Shown here: one piece after another, positions 1-11,241 of the stretch
Layout: every line of letters starts with the position of its first letter
Position numbering within the stretch: position 1 is the first letter of the stretch
Source: Heteronotia binoei
Lineage: Eukaryota
Assembly: GCF_032191835.1 (NCBI RefSeq)
Contig: NC_083237.1
Span: forward strand, 8,618,001 to 8,682,000
Length of the DNA: 64,000 bases
Direction of reading: 5' to 3'
Program-made: the position numbers and the translations under genes
Notes under the pieces: generated by a model
The model's database searches: none
What the model was told of the DNA's origin: nothing
Seen by the model: only the letters and a program-made list of their open reading frames with translations

Positions 1-1103
1 TTGAACTGTTTTTGTCACAGGGAAATAGGGTATGTGAGTTTTCATACTGTGCACCTACACAAACCATTGCCTTTGCCGCAGTGTTTAAGGTCATGAAACA
101 TGAACATTTCACCATTAGGGACTTTGTGAGGTGTCTCCTAATGCTCCTGTAGTGCCTGATTTGGAGTTTATTAACATCAAAGGCAGGTTAGGTATTTGAA
201 GTTAAAAAACCCCTCACACATGCATATTCTGACTTTACTTCATGGGAGCTATAGTTATCCTGGGGAAGGAATGCCTAGCTTTTCCTACATTATCCCAATC
301 CTTATTTATGATAAAAAGTATCTACTAGGTAAAGGCATGAACTGATCAATGAATCATGATATGTGCACAAATCAGGCTGATTCATTCTTTGTTTAGAACC
401 AATTCACTGCATTGTGGCGTTCCTTATCCAAAAACGAAACACATTTCCCCCCCATGGTGTGTCGTTTGGTTCATTTTTGTGGTTCGTTCGCCAATTCGAT
501 CAATTGCTAGGCAATGCTGAAGGGGAGGGGACTTCTGGAGAGCCCTAGAAACAGCCCTAGCATGTACATATCTTGATTGGCAGCTCTAGGAGCCAACTAT
601 GGAGCTCCCATTCTGCTCTATGGCAGGAGATGGTATATATTGCACACTCTGACAGCCGGTTTCACTTGCAGGCTGCAGCAGGATGAGAAGAGAAGTGTTA
701 GTTAGTCATCATCTCACATCTCTCTGATTATTAATTGCTGCTGTGCTGTGCTAGCTTTGAGGAACTCTTTTGGTCCTCCACACCCACACAGTGGGAAAAT
801 TTTAAGCAACTCTCTTGGCTGGGAAGAAGTTGTTCCTCTGTGGTTTCAGGGACCTGAGCCACTGGGGGAAGCTCCTTCTGTTTCCCAAAACCTTATCTGT
901 TATTTTGCTGGGAGTTGCCTTTATTTAAAGAAAACAGACCAACTTGCTTGTGCCACTGTACCTGCTCTTACTTGCTTCTTTTTTGCCTTTTATTTATGTA
1001 TTTATTTTTAAAAACTGCTGAACCATTCTGGGCAAGATTTTCTTTCACTGGGATTGCATTACTTTTATTTACCAACAAGAAAAAAAACCCTTTTATTTTA
1101 CTG

Positions 1104-2099
1104 GAGAGCCAATTTGGTGTAGTGTTTAAGTGTGCAGACTCTTATCTGCCCTCTACATGGGGCTGCCCTTGTGCCGAACCCGGAAGTTGCAGCTAGTGCA
1201 GAATGCCGCTGCCCGGCTGTTGTTAGGGCTCCCTAGACGGGAGCACATCCGGCCGGGGCTTCGGGGACTGCACTGGCTGCCGATAACATACCGAGTTCGG
1301 TACAAGGTGCTGGTTATGACCTTTAAAGCCCTTTATGGTCTGGGACCTGCCTACCTTAGGGACCGTCTCTCCCCACATGTCCCCCAGAGAGTGCTGAGGT
1401 CGGGGTCTCAGAACCTCCTTATAATCCCTGGGCCAAAGGAGGCCCGTCTGAAAGCGACCAGGGACAGGGCCTTCTCGATTGCAGCTCCCTGTTGGTGGAA
1501 TCAGCTCCCGGAGGAGGTGAGGGCCCTGCGGAACCTTGAACAGTTCCGCAGGGCCTGTAAAACAACCCTCTTCCGGTTGGCATATAATTAACTGTGAGCA
1601 GAATGCCTGAATATTAAATCTTAAACATCAGATTACTGAATATTGGAAATTTGAAGGACTGATTTAAGGAATAGTAGCATAGTGTATATCGATGTGAGTT
1701 TTATGTATTTTTAGGCTTTTATGTATTTTATTGTATAATTTTAATTGTATTTAAATCGACCTTTGTTAGCTTTTATTGTTGTAAGCCGCCCTGAGCCCAC
1801 CTCGGTGGGGTAGGGCGGGATATAAATCGAATAAAGTAAAGTAAAGTAAAGTTATCTGGGAGAATTGTGTTTGATTCCCCACTCCTCCACTTGCACCTGC
1901 TGAGATGGCCTTGGGTCAGCCATAGCTTTCATAGAAGCTGTCCTTGAAAGGGCAGCTGCTGTGAGAGCCCTCTCCAGCCCCACCCACCTCACAGGGTGTC
2001 TGTTGTGGGGGAGGAAGGTAAAGGAGATTGTGAGCTGCTCTGAGACTCTTCGGAGTGGAGGGCGGGATATAAATCCAATATCTTCTTCTTTTCTTCTTC
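1104..2099 (+). mobile_element. tRNA-derived SINE with L2-type 3' tail (Squam2/Anolis SINE2-like), interrupted by an L2 fragment
   Basis: Head GAGAGCCAATTTGGTGTAGTG at 1104; body resumes at 1852 and ends in GGGCGGGATATAAATCC-(TCT)n; TTACTGG flanks both ends (1098-1104, 2100-2106). Same sequence as the copy at 26728. Confidence 0.8.
1149..1851 (+). mobile_element. 5'-truncated L2 LINE 3' fragment
   Basis: ORF 1130-1591 has L2 ORF2 C-terminal motifs (LQLVQNAAARLL, LHWLPI, RAFSIAAP); tail GCCGCCCTGAGCCC...GGGCGGGATATAAAT-(AAAGT)n; TSD TTATCTG at 1142-1148 and 1852-1858. Confidence 0.9.
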
Positions 2100-3344
2100 T
2101 TACTGGGGTTGCCAGTTTCTTACTTTAACTATCAAAACCAACTAGCTCAGAAGCCATTTTAAACTTCTGCCGTCTGGGCAAGATTTTCCTTTTACTGGTG
2201 GTACCAGCTTATAACTTTAAGTCTCAAAAGACAACCATTCCACATACAACTTGGAGGGCCAGTGGAGAGGCATCCCACCCAGGGTGGTCTGCTATAAGTT
2301 GGATGCCTTCAGCTTGCAATGGGAGTGTTCAGCACACTCTTCCTTTGCAACTTTTGGACCATAGATCTGCACCCAAGCCAGGAGGCATGGCTGGCACAGG
2401 GGAATAGACAAGGTAGACAGTCACCTGGGGTGCCACCTCGCCAACAGGGTGCCTCTGGGTGCCCCTTCCTCCTTCCCACTGCTCTCAGCTTCCCGGTCAC
2501 AGACCTGGGAAGCCAAGAGAGATGGGAGGGTGCGTCAGCATCTGCTTTCCTCCAAGCCAGGCTTCCCTCACAAAGGAAGCCTGACTTGGAGGAGAACATG
2601 CCCAACCAGGGAAGTCCTCTGCGATTTGGATGCCTCTAGCTTGCATGATGTCAGTTCGGCATACTCCTAGGAGAGCACTTTCCTGGGGGCACCTGATTTG
2701 GGGGCTGTACCTCAACCTCATTAAATCTGTTTCTCACCAAACTTGGAGAGAAGGTAGAAAGGAATCAGCCAAAGAGTTTGCTGCAAGTTGGAGATCTCTA
2801 GCCTGCTGGAGAGCCATTCTAGCACCTTCTGAACTCACACAAACCAAACAAACCACCTGGGAACATGCTTTGGGAGGTTGTAACTTGCCCCCCCCCCCTT
2901 AAATCCAGTTCTCACCAATCTTGAAGAGCTGGTAGAGGAGAATCAGCTGAAGAGTTTGCCATAAGTTTGGTGTCTCTAACCCACTGTGGGGGGGGGGGTC
3001 ATTCTACCCCTTTTTGAACCAAATGATCCTTGAACTTGTTCAGGAAATGGGGAAAAAAATCATGTTAGTTGTGCAATCAAACGAACCATGAATGAACACA
3101 AACCACCATTTTTCTAGTTTGTGCCCATCCTTAATATCTACAAGTTAGAAATGTAACTTATCGGTGAAGACACTGCCTGTCCATGATCCTGGAGAATATG
3201 AAACAGCATGGAAGAAAGGCTATAGAAGCAGCTGCAAGGTTATATTCTGTAAAGAATAGAACTATTCAGAGCATAAACAGGCACAGGAACACATATACAT
3301 TCTTCTCTATAAAGTTCTTCAAATATCTGTGCATTTCCTTCCAG

Positions 3345-4205
3345 GTCACCTATGGGTCATTTGCTCAAGAGGAGAGTGATTCAAGACAGTTCCCTTCCTT
3401 TTATCGTATGGCCCCAAATGAAGCTCAGCAATACACAGGAATTATCAAATTACTTCAGCATTTTGGATGGACATGGGTTGGACTCTTTACCATGGACGAC
3501 GACAGTGGAGAACACTTCATTCAAGCCCTGGAACAGTTATTTTCCCAGCATGGAATCTGTTCAGCGTTTGCAGAAAGAATCCCAAACAAAGTCGATTGGG
3601 TTACTTTGGGTGAACTTTATGATCTTATGTTACCACTGTATCTGCTATTCAGAGATAGCAAAGCCAATGCGTTTATCTTCTATGGGGAATCAAGGACAAT
3701 AACACTATTGAATGTTCTGTTTTGGCAAGTTCATGGCTCTAAGGAAAACACATCACTGAGAAAGGTGTGGATTGTGACAGCCCAAGTTGATTTTGCAATA
3801 TCAGGCTTTCAGCGAGCCTGGGATTTCCAGTTCTTCCAAGGGGCACTTTCCTTTGGAATTCACTCAAATGAGCCCTTAGGATTCCACAACTTTCTTCAGA
3901 AAATTAACCCATACATGGAACAAAAAGATGGGTTTATCAAGAAGTTTTGGGAGCATGCCTTTGGTTGTGCATTACCAGATAGCCGGGATGCAGAGATGTA
4001 TGATGCATTATGTACTGGGGAGGAGTCACTGGACAGCCTTCCAGGACACAGTTTTGAAATGCACACAACTGGCAACAGCTACAGCATCTACAATGCTGTC
4101 TATGCCATGGCGTATGCTTTGCACGCCATGCACACATCTATGTCCAATCACAGAGAAATATCATGGGGCAAAAACCTTTTATTTCACCATCTTCAGCCTT
4201 GGCAG
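3345..4205 (+). CDS. Vmn2r: V2R gene A exon 3 (Venus-flytrap ligand-binding domain); exons 1-2 not seen in window
   Basis: CCAG|GTC acceptor, CAG|GTACAG donor, 861 bp, phase 0; motifs VTYGSF, FYRMAPNE, LLQHFGWTWVG, FWEHAFGC, YSIYNAVYA, LQPWQ. Confidence 0.93.
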
Positions 4206-4298
4206 GTACAGTCATGAACACCTTGGCACAAGTTGAGGGAACACAAATTATTAGTGAGAGGATATACACAGGATTGAGTGAAAAAAACGTGAGAGGGG

Positions 4299-4570
4299 CA
4301 TAGCCACCTTCAAGAGGGGTTTAGATAAAACTATGGAGCAGAGGTCCATCAGTGGCTATTAGCCACAGTGTGTGTATATATACACAGAGTGTTGGACTGG
4401 ATGGGCCTTTGGCCTGATCCAACGTGGCTTCTCTTATGTGACACAGAGTGTTGGACTGGATGGGCTGTTGGCCTGATCCAACATGGCTTCTCTTATGTTC
4501 TTATGCGACATAGAGTGTTGGACTGGATGGGCCTTTGGCCTGATCCAACATGGCTTCTCTTATGTTCTTA
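4299..4570 (+). mobile_element. CR1 LINE 3' end with three tandem copies of the terminal unit
   Basis: TTCAAGAGGGGTTTAGATAAAA...GAGGTCCATCAGTGGCTATTAGCC followed by units ACACAGAGTGTTGGACTGGATGGGCC...GGCTTCTCTTATG at 4382, 4441 and 4508; absent from the paralogous intron of gene B. Confidence 0.85.
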
Positions 4571-4727
4571 AAAAGATTAGCCATAGATTTTTTCTTCTTC
4601 TTCTCATGCTGTGAAGCAGTGGCATTGTCAAACTGTTCAACATAAACTTTCCTAAGGTGACAAACCATGTTTATAATCTCAGCATTGAGATTACAACGTT
4701 TTGTTTCTTGCTTTTTCTTTCAACCAG

Positions 4728-4955
4728 CTACACTCGTTTCTTCAAGGGATTTCATTTAACAACTCAGCTGGTGAAACTGTATCTTTGGGGGATAACAGGG
4801 AAATGGGAGATGAATTTGATATCATGAACTTGGTCACATTCCCAAATCAGACTTTTGTCAGAGTGAAAGTTGGAAGTGTGAATTCCAGAGCTCCAGAAGG
4901 ACAAGCATTCATCCTTCATGAGGAGAGAATTGTGTGGCAAAGAAGTTTTAACCAG
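4728..4955 (+). CDS. Vmn2r: V2R gene A exon 4
   Basis: CAG|CTA acceptor, CAG|GTGCA donor, 228 bp; LHSFLQGISFNNSAGE...FDIMNLVTFPN...WQRSFNQ. Confidence 0.92.
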
Positions 4956-5210
4956 GTGCAGACTGTGGGCTCTTGTCAGGGGGCCAGTTCATTATTTATT
5001 TGAGTAATTCAGGGAAAGGGTCCCCCCCCCTTTTCTTCATATCCTCATCCTTTCAGTTTTGAACAGCTCCATGATACAGACAGGAATTCGTTTCGCTTTT
5101 ATTATTAAAGAACTAGAGCTTGACATCCTCAGAAAGGTGTGATTTTGGAAGGTCTGCCACTGCAAAGATTTTTTTTTAAAAAATGTACTTAACATTTTCC
5201 AATGTGTATA

Positions 5211-5600
5211 ACATAAGAAAATAAGAACACAGGAAGAACCCTGCTGAATCAGGCCAATGGTTCTTCTAGTCCAGCATTCTGTTTCACACAGTGGTGAAGC
5301 GATTGCCCTAGATGGCCACAAACAAGGAATAGAAACCAAGACCTTCCTCTGATATTGCCTCCTGACACCAGGATTCTGAGTGTTACTGCCTCAAAATATG
5401 GAGGCTCTCTTTAGTCACCATGGCTAGTAGCTACTGATAGACCTATCCTCTATGAAATGCTGAATTCATGCCAATAATGTCCAGTTTTGTCCATGATCGT
5501 TGCTATCACCACATTTTTCTCGAAGTAAATTCCACATTTTAATCACTCATTGACTAGAGAGGGATATCCTTCTATTCAGCCTGAATTTACTGCCCGTTAA
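5211..5600 (-). mobile_element. Old CR1-type LINE 3' fragment shared with gene B intron 4
   Basis: Reverse tail ACATAAGAAAATAAGAACA...CCCTGCTGAATCAGGCC; a homologous block lies at about 20790-21300. Ends approximate. Confidence 0.6.
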
Positions 5601-6671
5601 CTGCTTGGGGTGCCTTCAAGGACTGGTCTTTTGAGACGCAGAGGGAAAAAAAATTACCCAGTCCACTTGTGGATAGATTTTTCTATACATTGTAGCTAAG
5701 GCCCCAAACAAAATCAGGATGCAAACTACTGCAGGCAATCAATTTGCTTTTGAATTTTTTGTCTTCCTAATAAATTTACAATAGGTTGAAGATCCATGCA
5801 TTGGAACAAGAATTTAGTTTGCACCCTGTCTTGTTAATTCTTTATAGAAATTCTTTATAGAAATCCCTAATTGCAGTATTTTTTTTTTGCCATTTTGCCA
5901 ACTTTTTGGGATATGTTATGGTGTTATATAATATCTGTATGATTGTTACCATTGTAAAAAAAAACCCTTTTACAATGTTGTTCCTATTTATTGCTATACT
6001 GACATGTTATGGCTTTTTTGTAATTTTGTGACTGTAATCACTTTTCCACACTTTTGTAATTTTTGAATTATGTATGCACCTTCAATATTCCTTTCTATAC
6101 ATTCCGTAATTATTCTCAAACATCTGGTACTCAGTACCCTTTTTCCTGTTATTCAGAGGTTGCCTACCTTTTTGTGATTCTATGGACAGTTTAGGTCAGA
6201 ACTAATTTGGCACTGATAGGATGGGCTGATCATGATAGGGAGTGCTGATGGGTGAGTAGCTTGAGGCACCAGCAGTGATGGAGAGCTGGTGGTCCAGAAT
6301 GGTGTATCATGGATCATGTGACAGGAAGAAGTGCCCTTGATGCTGAGCGACACTACCCAGTTCATCAGGGGATGGGGTGAGCACTGGGCACCTCTGAGCT
6401 CTATGGAAGACACAGGTCAAGTTTGGTGTAAGGGTGGGTTTGACCAAAAAGGCAACCAGTGCCAGGGTCCCTTGCATGGTATGAGACTTTATAGATCTGC
6501 ACGGTTAATTAATTACATTACTTAAACTCAAAGTTCTTCTCTCATATCTTCATGGCTGTGGGCTGTGCCTGGAGCAAATAGTATTTGCTATTATTCCCCT
6601 TTTTCTGTTAATATGAACAGTAAAATAGTGTCTAATTTCTCCCACCGTATGTTGTCATTATTTTCAAACAG

Positions 6672-6798
6672 GGGAGGCCTATATCTGTGTGTAATGACTA
6701 CTGCCACCCTGGTTATCAGAAGAAGAAAAAAGAAGGGGAAAAGTTTTGTTGCTACGATTGTGTTCTTTGCCCAGAAGGGAAGATTTCAAGCCAGCAAG
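6672..6798 (+). CDS. Vmn2r: V2R gene A exon 5 (cysteine-rich NCD3G region)
   Basis: ACAG|GGG acceptor, G|GTAGG donor, 127 bp; [42 protein letters not shown] (own translation). Confidence 0.92.
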
Positions 6799-6989
6799 GT
6801 AGGTAGTATACAGTGCAATCTCGGGCACACACATGCCAATCTAAGTAGAAATCAGGGATCTTTGAATGGATGATGTCTACATAGAATTCTGCTGAAAATG
6901 GAGCAGCATCAAGAAAGACATTTTCATTGCCGCTAGCAACACAGTGGGGTTTTCTTCCTACTCCTCCATCCCTAGAACTCTCAAGATCC

Positions 6990-7127
6990 CAGGGCTTTTT
7001 TTGTAGCCGGAACTCCTTTACATATTAGGCCACAAACCCCTGATGTAGTCAATCCTCCAGGAGCTTACAGTAGCCCCATATACTAACAGCCTATACTAAT
7101 ATGCAAAGGAGATCAAAAAAAGCCCTG
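6990..7127. mobile_element. Short MITE (CAGGGCTTTTTT...AAAAAAAGCCCTG termini)
   Basis: Inverted termini; absent from the homologous position in gene B intron 5; no clear TSD. Confidence 0.6.
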
Positions 7128-7579
7128 TCCACAGCCAATCTGCCCAAACTACTTACATGGTAAAGCATGTTTGCGTAAAGGCAACAGGTGGTAGATGGGC
7201 AAGGGTTCAGACCACACCCAAAGGGACAGGAGTAAATAAATCATGAAACTAAGAGAAAACATAGGTTTATCAGACCACACCCATCATATCTTCAATTCTT
7301 CACTGTACTAAATGACCTTGACCACAAGCTTTGATGGAAGGGTCAGTGGCTCACTGGTAGAGCACCTGCCTTGCATGGAGAAAGTCCCAGACTTAAACTT
7401 CAGTGTCTCCTGATAAACGTTAGCAGGGAATATGAAAGATGTCTCAATTTGGAGAGGTGCCTCAAGTCAAAGAGTACGATGCTGACTTTGATGAACCAAT
7501 GGACTGACTAAGTATAAGGCAGATTCACTTGTCTAGTGATGATTCCTCTTTGTGTTGTTGTTTTTTTCTTTTCCCACAG

Positions 7580-8481
7580 ATATGGTTGATTGTACCACAT
7601 GCCCAGAAAGTCAGTATTCAAGCAAGAACCAAGATAGATGCATCAATAAAGTGATAACCTTCCTGTCTTTTGAAGAACCTTTAGGAATCACTTTAGCTTT
7701 GCTCGTTGGTACTTGTTTCCTGATCACAGCCTTTGTGTTGGGAGTTTTTATTAAGAACAAGGATACCCCGATAGTCAAAGCCAACAACCGAGATATCACC
7801 TATGCTCTCCTTGTCTCCCTTTTGCTCTGCTTCCTTTGTTCTTTGCTCTTTATTGGAAAACCAAGCATTGTGACCTGCTCTATCCGACAACCTGCTTTTG
7901 GGATTGTCTTCTCAGTGGCTGTTTCTTGTGTGTTGGGCAAAACCATCACTGTGGTTCTAGCCTTTATGGCTACAAAGCCAGGATCTGGCCTGAGGAAGTG
8001 GGTTGGGAAAAAACTGGCCAACTCCATTGTCATTTCTTGTTCCCTTGTGCAAGCTGGCATCTGTATGGTGTGGCTAGCAACCTCTGCCCCATTCCCAGCT
8101 TTAGACATGCATTTGATGGTTGACAAGATTGTAGCAGAATGCAAAGAAGGATCTGTGACCATGTTTTATATTGTCCAGGGTTACTTGGGATTTTTGTCTC
8201 TCATCAGCTTGGCTGTGGCTTTTTTTTCCAGGAAGTTGCCCAACAGTTTTAACGAAGCAAAATTCATCACCTTCAGCATGCTCATTTTTTGCAGTGTTTG
8301 GATGTCCTTTGTTCCAACTTACCTGAGCACCAAAGGAAAATCCATGGTAGCTGTGGAGATCTTCTCTATCCTGGCATCTAGTGCTGCGTTATTGGGTTGC
8401 ATTTTTTCCCCAAAATGTTATATCATTGTGCTGAGGCCTGAGATGAACAAAAGGGAGCACCTGATAAGGAGAAAGAATTAA
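7580..8481 (+). CDS. Vmn2r: V2R gene A exon 6 (7TM domain, terminal exon)
   Basis: CACAG|AT acceptor, 902 bp to TAA; [43 protein letters not shown] class C GPCR motifs. Confidence 0.95.
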
Positions 8482-9173
8482 AGATTTCAAAAGTCCTGCT
8501 TATAATGTCCATACATTGGAGTGAGGTGTCTATTTCAAAGGATAACCAGTGTTGAGCTGTGGTTAAGGTGTTTGGATAGGATCTAGAAGACCCAGGCTCA
8601 GATCCCTACTCTGCCATATCATACGTGACTCACTCTCAGCCTCACTTATCTCATGAGGTTGTTTTGAGTATACATTGGAGGTGGGATAATTCTGTAAGCC
8701 ACTTTGCGTTCCTGCTAGTGCAAAAAGTAGGATATCAGTTAAACAATATGTGCTTTGGCTAGCACATATGCCAATATAATTTATTTATAATCAAGGGTAA
8801 CACAACTAGTGTGTGACATATTTTAGTAAATTTCTCGTGTTCTATATGGTGTTGCCCACCAACTATAATGTTCATCAGAAGTCCTGCTCTTTCTTGTGGA
8901 AGGAACCAAACTCTGGAACTCCATCTCCACACACACTGTAGAAGCCCACTGACAACACATTTGCAAGCTTTGGGCAGCTAATATTTTAATGTACCCATAA
9001 CTTTTAGGTTGTCTCTATTACATCGCTTGCTTTGTCAGGTTGTCCTTTTAGACTATATTTCTTTTAGTAGGGTTTTTATGGTTTTGTTCTGCTTTAAGAG
9101 ATTTTTGAAATCCCTTTTATCTCGTTCTTTTATTGCTATCTCTTGTTTCTGTTATTTTATTGGTTTTATCCTT

Positions 9174-9203
9174 TTGTTGTTGTTGTTGCTGCTGCTGCTG
9201 CTG
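9174..9203. repeat. Compound (TTG)n(CTG)n microsatellite
   Basis: TTGTTGTTGTTGTTGCTGCTGCTGCTGCTG read directly. Confidence 0.85.
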
Positions 9204-9391
9204 TAAATTTCTTAGTAGACATTTACATGGAAAGGAAGGTAGAAATTCTTTCAATCAAGAAATAAATGGAGGAATGAGGAGTCTGAAGGTTTTTATGGAA
9301 TATTGGCCTATATAGCTTGCTTCATCAGCAGATGATGATCAATGATTGCATTACAAATTAATGTATTGTTAAATCAATATAATCTAAAGAA

Positions 9392-9590
9392 GAGCTAGAT
9401 TCATGTCCAGTAGAACTTTAGAGACCGCCTACGGAAGGCTAATAAGATTTTCTAAGTATAAGCTTTGAGAATAAGCTCCCCACCCCAAGATGCCTGGTGA
9501 ATGGAGTGTCGATTCTTGAAAGATGATACCCCCAAAATCTTGTTGGTCTCTAAGGTGCTACTGGATTCAAATACAGGTAGTCTACTGCAG
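9392..9590. mobile_element. Palindromic MITE (TCCAGTAG..TTAGAGACC arms) with a 14-nt insertion in the left arm
   Basis: The right arm AAAATCTTGTTGGTCTCTAAGGTGCTACTGGA is the reverse complement of the left arm apart from the insertion. Confidence 0.65.
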
Positions 9591-10149
9591 ACCAACATGG
9601 CTACCCACTGAAACTGTCATTCTAAAAGACTTTCACACAACTGCCAGTCCATCATTTTAATTAAATCCAACTGCCAGTCCATCATTTTAATTAAATCCAA
9701 CTGACAATGGCCAGATCACTTGAGTCAAGGTGGGATGGTATCTTCTGATATCATCTTCTATGTCACCTCCACACCATTTATATGCAATCCTATGGACCAC
9801 AATTTGCTATCAATAAGACTAAATGTGACTAGATGGAGATAATGTTGGTTGAGAAGGGTGCACTCTTGAGGAAGACTGAGCTCTCTGTCACTGATAGGGT
9901 TTCAATTATGCTTACGGGCTCACTTAAGAGTCTAGGAGTTATACTGGAGGCAGTGGTATTAGTGGAGAAGCAAGTTAATGCAGCTGCAAAAAAGACATTC
10001 CCTTGGCTTTTTTTAGACCAACAGATGCCCCTAACCTTAACTCACCTGTCATATTAACTGGAGTAAAAATGAACAGGAGAAAGGAAACTCTGTAAAAATA
10101 GGAGTTATAGGTTCAATCTTCATAAAAAGGTGATGCTGGCAAATACACA

Positions 10150-10520
10150 TTTTATTTATTTATTTTAGTATATTTCTATTCCACCCATTCCCCATAGGGC
10201 TCAGGGTGGAGTACAACATATGATAAAACAATAAAATACAATAAAAAACATTTTAAAAAACAGACAGCTCAACAGCACTCAGAGAAGTTTACAGTATCAC
10301 ATATTGCCAAACCTGGTCATCTCACATCATGATATCTCATAGAGATGGCAGATGATAATCCATTTTATAACACAGGTGACAGTGCTGATAGGGGAGACCA
10401 ACCAGATCAAGAATAGATGCCCGCAACCTCAACTAAAAGCCTGGTGGAACAGCTCCATTTAACAGGCTCTACGGAAGGCTAATAAGCCAGGGTGGGCCAG
10501 GATCTCTGTAGGGAGAGTAG
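10150..10520 (-). mobile_element. Degraded L2 3' fragment (a + strand L2 ORF2 scrap lies at about 9850-10010)
   Basis: Reverse L2 tail TTTATTTATT...GGGCTCAGGGTGG and CTGGTGGAACAGCTCC; ORF 9833 reads LKSLGVIL...EKQVNAAAKK. Ends approximate. Confidence 0.55.
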
Positions 10521-10797
10521 AGTGATAAACTGAATTGATAGATTGAAGATAACAAAAGTCCCCAGTTCAACCACAAACTCTCAAGGAAGGGTCAGTGTCT
10601 CACTAGAAGAGCATCTGACTAGTATGCAGAAGGTCCCAGACTGAAACTTCAGTATCTCTTGATAAAAGGTGACAAGAAAGATGTCTCTGTTTGGAGATGC
10701 TGACTTTAATAAACCAAAGGCATGACACAGTATAAGGCAAGTTCACATGTTCAGTGATGAGCCCTCTTTTTGTTTTTGTTTTTTCCTTTCCCCTCAG

Positions 10798-11241
10798 ATA
10801 TGGTTGATTGTATCAAATGCCCAGAAGACCAGAATTCAAGCAAGGACAAAGATGGATGCATCAACAAAGTAATAACCTTCCTGTCATTTGAAGAACCTTT
10901 AGGGATCATTTTAGCTTTGCTTGCTTTTTCTTGTTTCCTGACCACATCCTTTGTGCTAAGAATTTTTATCCTTTGTGCCAGGAAGTTGGCAGACAGTTTT
11001 AACGAGGCCAAGTTCATCACCTTTAGCATGCTCATCTTTTGCAGTGTTTGGATGTCTTTTGTTCCAACCTACCTGAGCACCAAAGGGAAATCCATGGTAG
11101 CTGTGGAGATCTTCTCTATCTTGGCCTCCAGTACTGGATTACTGGGTTGTATCCCCCCCCCCCCAAAAAAAAAAAATGCTACATCATCTTGCTAGACCTG
11201 ACCTGAATACCAGAGATCAGATAATTAGAAGAAAGGATTAA
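10798..11241 (+). pseudogene. Orphan duplicate of V2R exon 6 with ~468-bp in-frame deletion and 3' frameshifts
   Basis: CCTCAG|AT acceptor; [12 protein letters not shown]...FVLRIF joined directly to [13 protein letters not shown]; C/A homopolymer expansion at about 11153-11176 and a later 1-bp loss; upstream intron homologous to 7330-7579. Confidence 0.9.

Noticed and set aside
326-3135. Possible large DNA-transposon relic (GGCATGAAC / GTTTGTGCC ends, GAACC/GGTTC motifs, ~165-bp diverged repeat at 2745-3010)
   Set aside because: Termini too degenerate and no TSD; boundaries cannot be supported without a library.
3183-3344. N-terminal 54 aa of ORF 3183-4217 as a start of gene A
   Set aside because: Intron read-through: it ends in a pyrimidine tract plus AG and has no V2R similarity. 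The same applies to leaders of ORFs 7552, 23556, 4701, 20321, 16091 and 45893.
4382-4570. CRISPR-like repeat array (also 36670-36931 and 39687-40374)
   Set aside because: Units are contiguous with no unique spacers, match CR1 tails or a minisatellite, and the context is a vertebrate genome without cas genes.
7611-8162. Antisense ORFs over exon 6 (also 23618-24169, 42866-43567, 56574-57275)
   Set aside because: Shadows of the hydrophobic codon bias in the 7TM exon; they recur only because the sense exon is conserved.
9009-9315. Poly-Leu and poly-Cys ORFs
   Set aside because: Translation artefacts of the (TTG)/(CTG) microsatellite.
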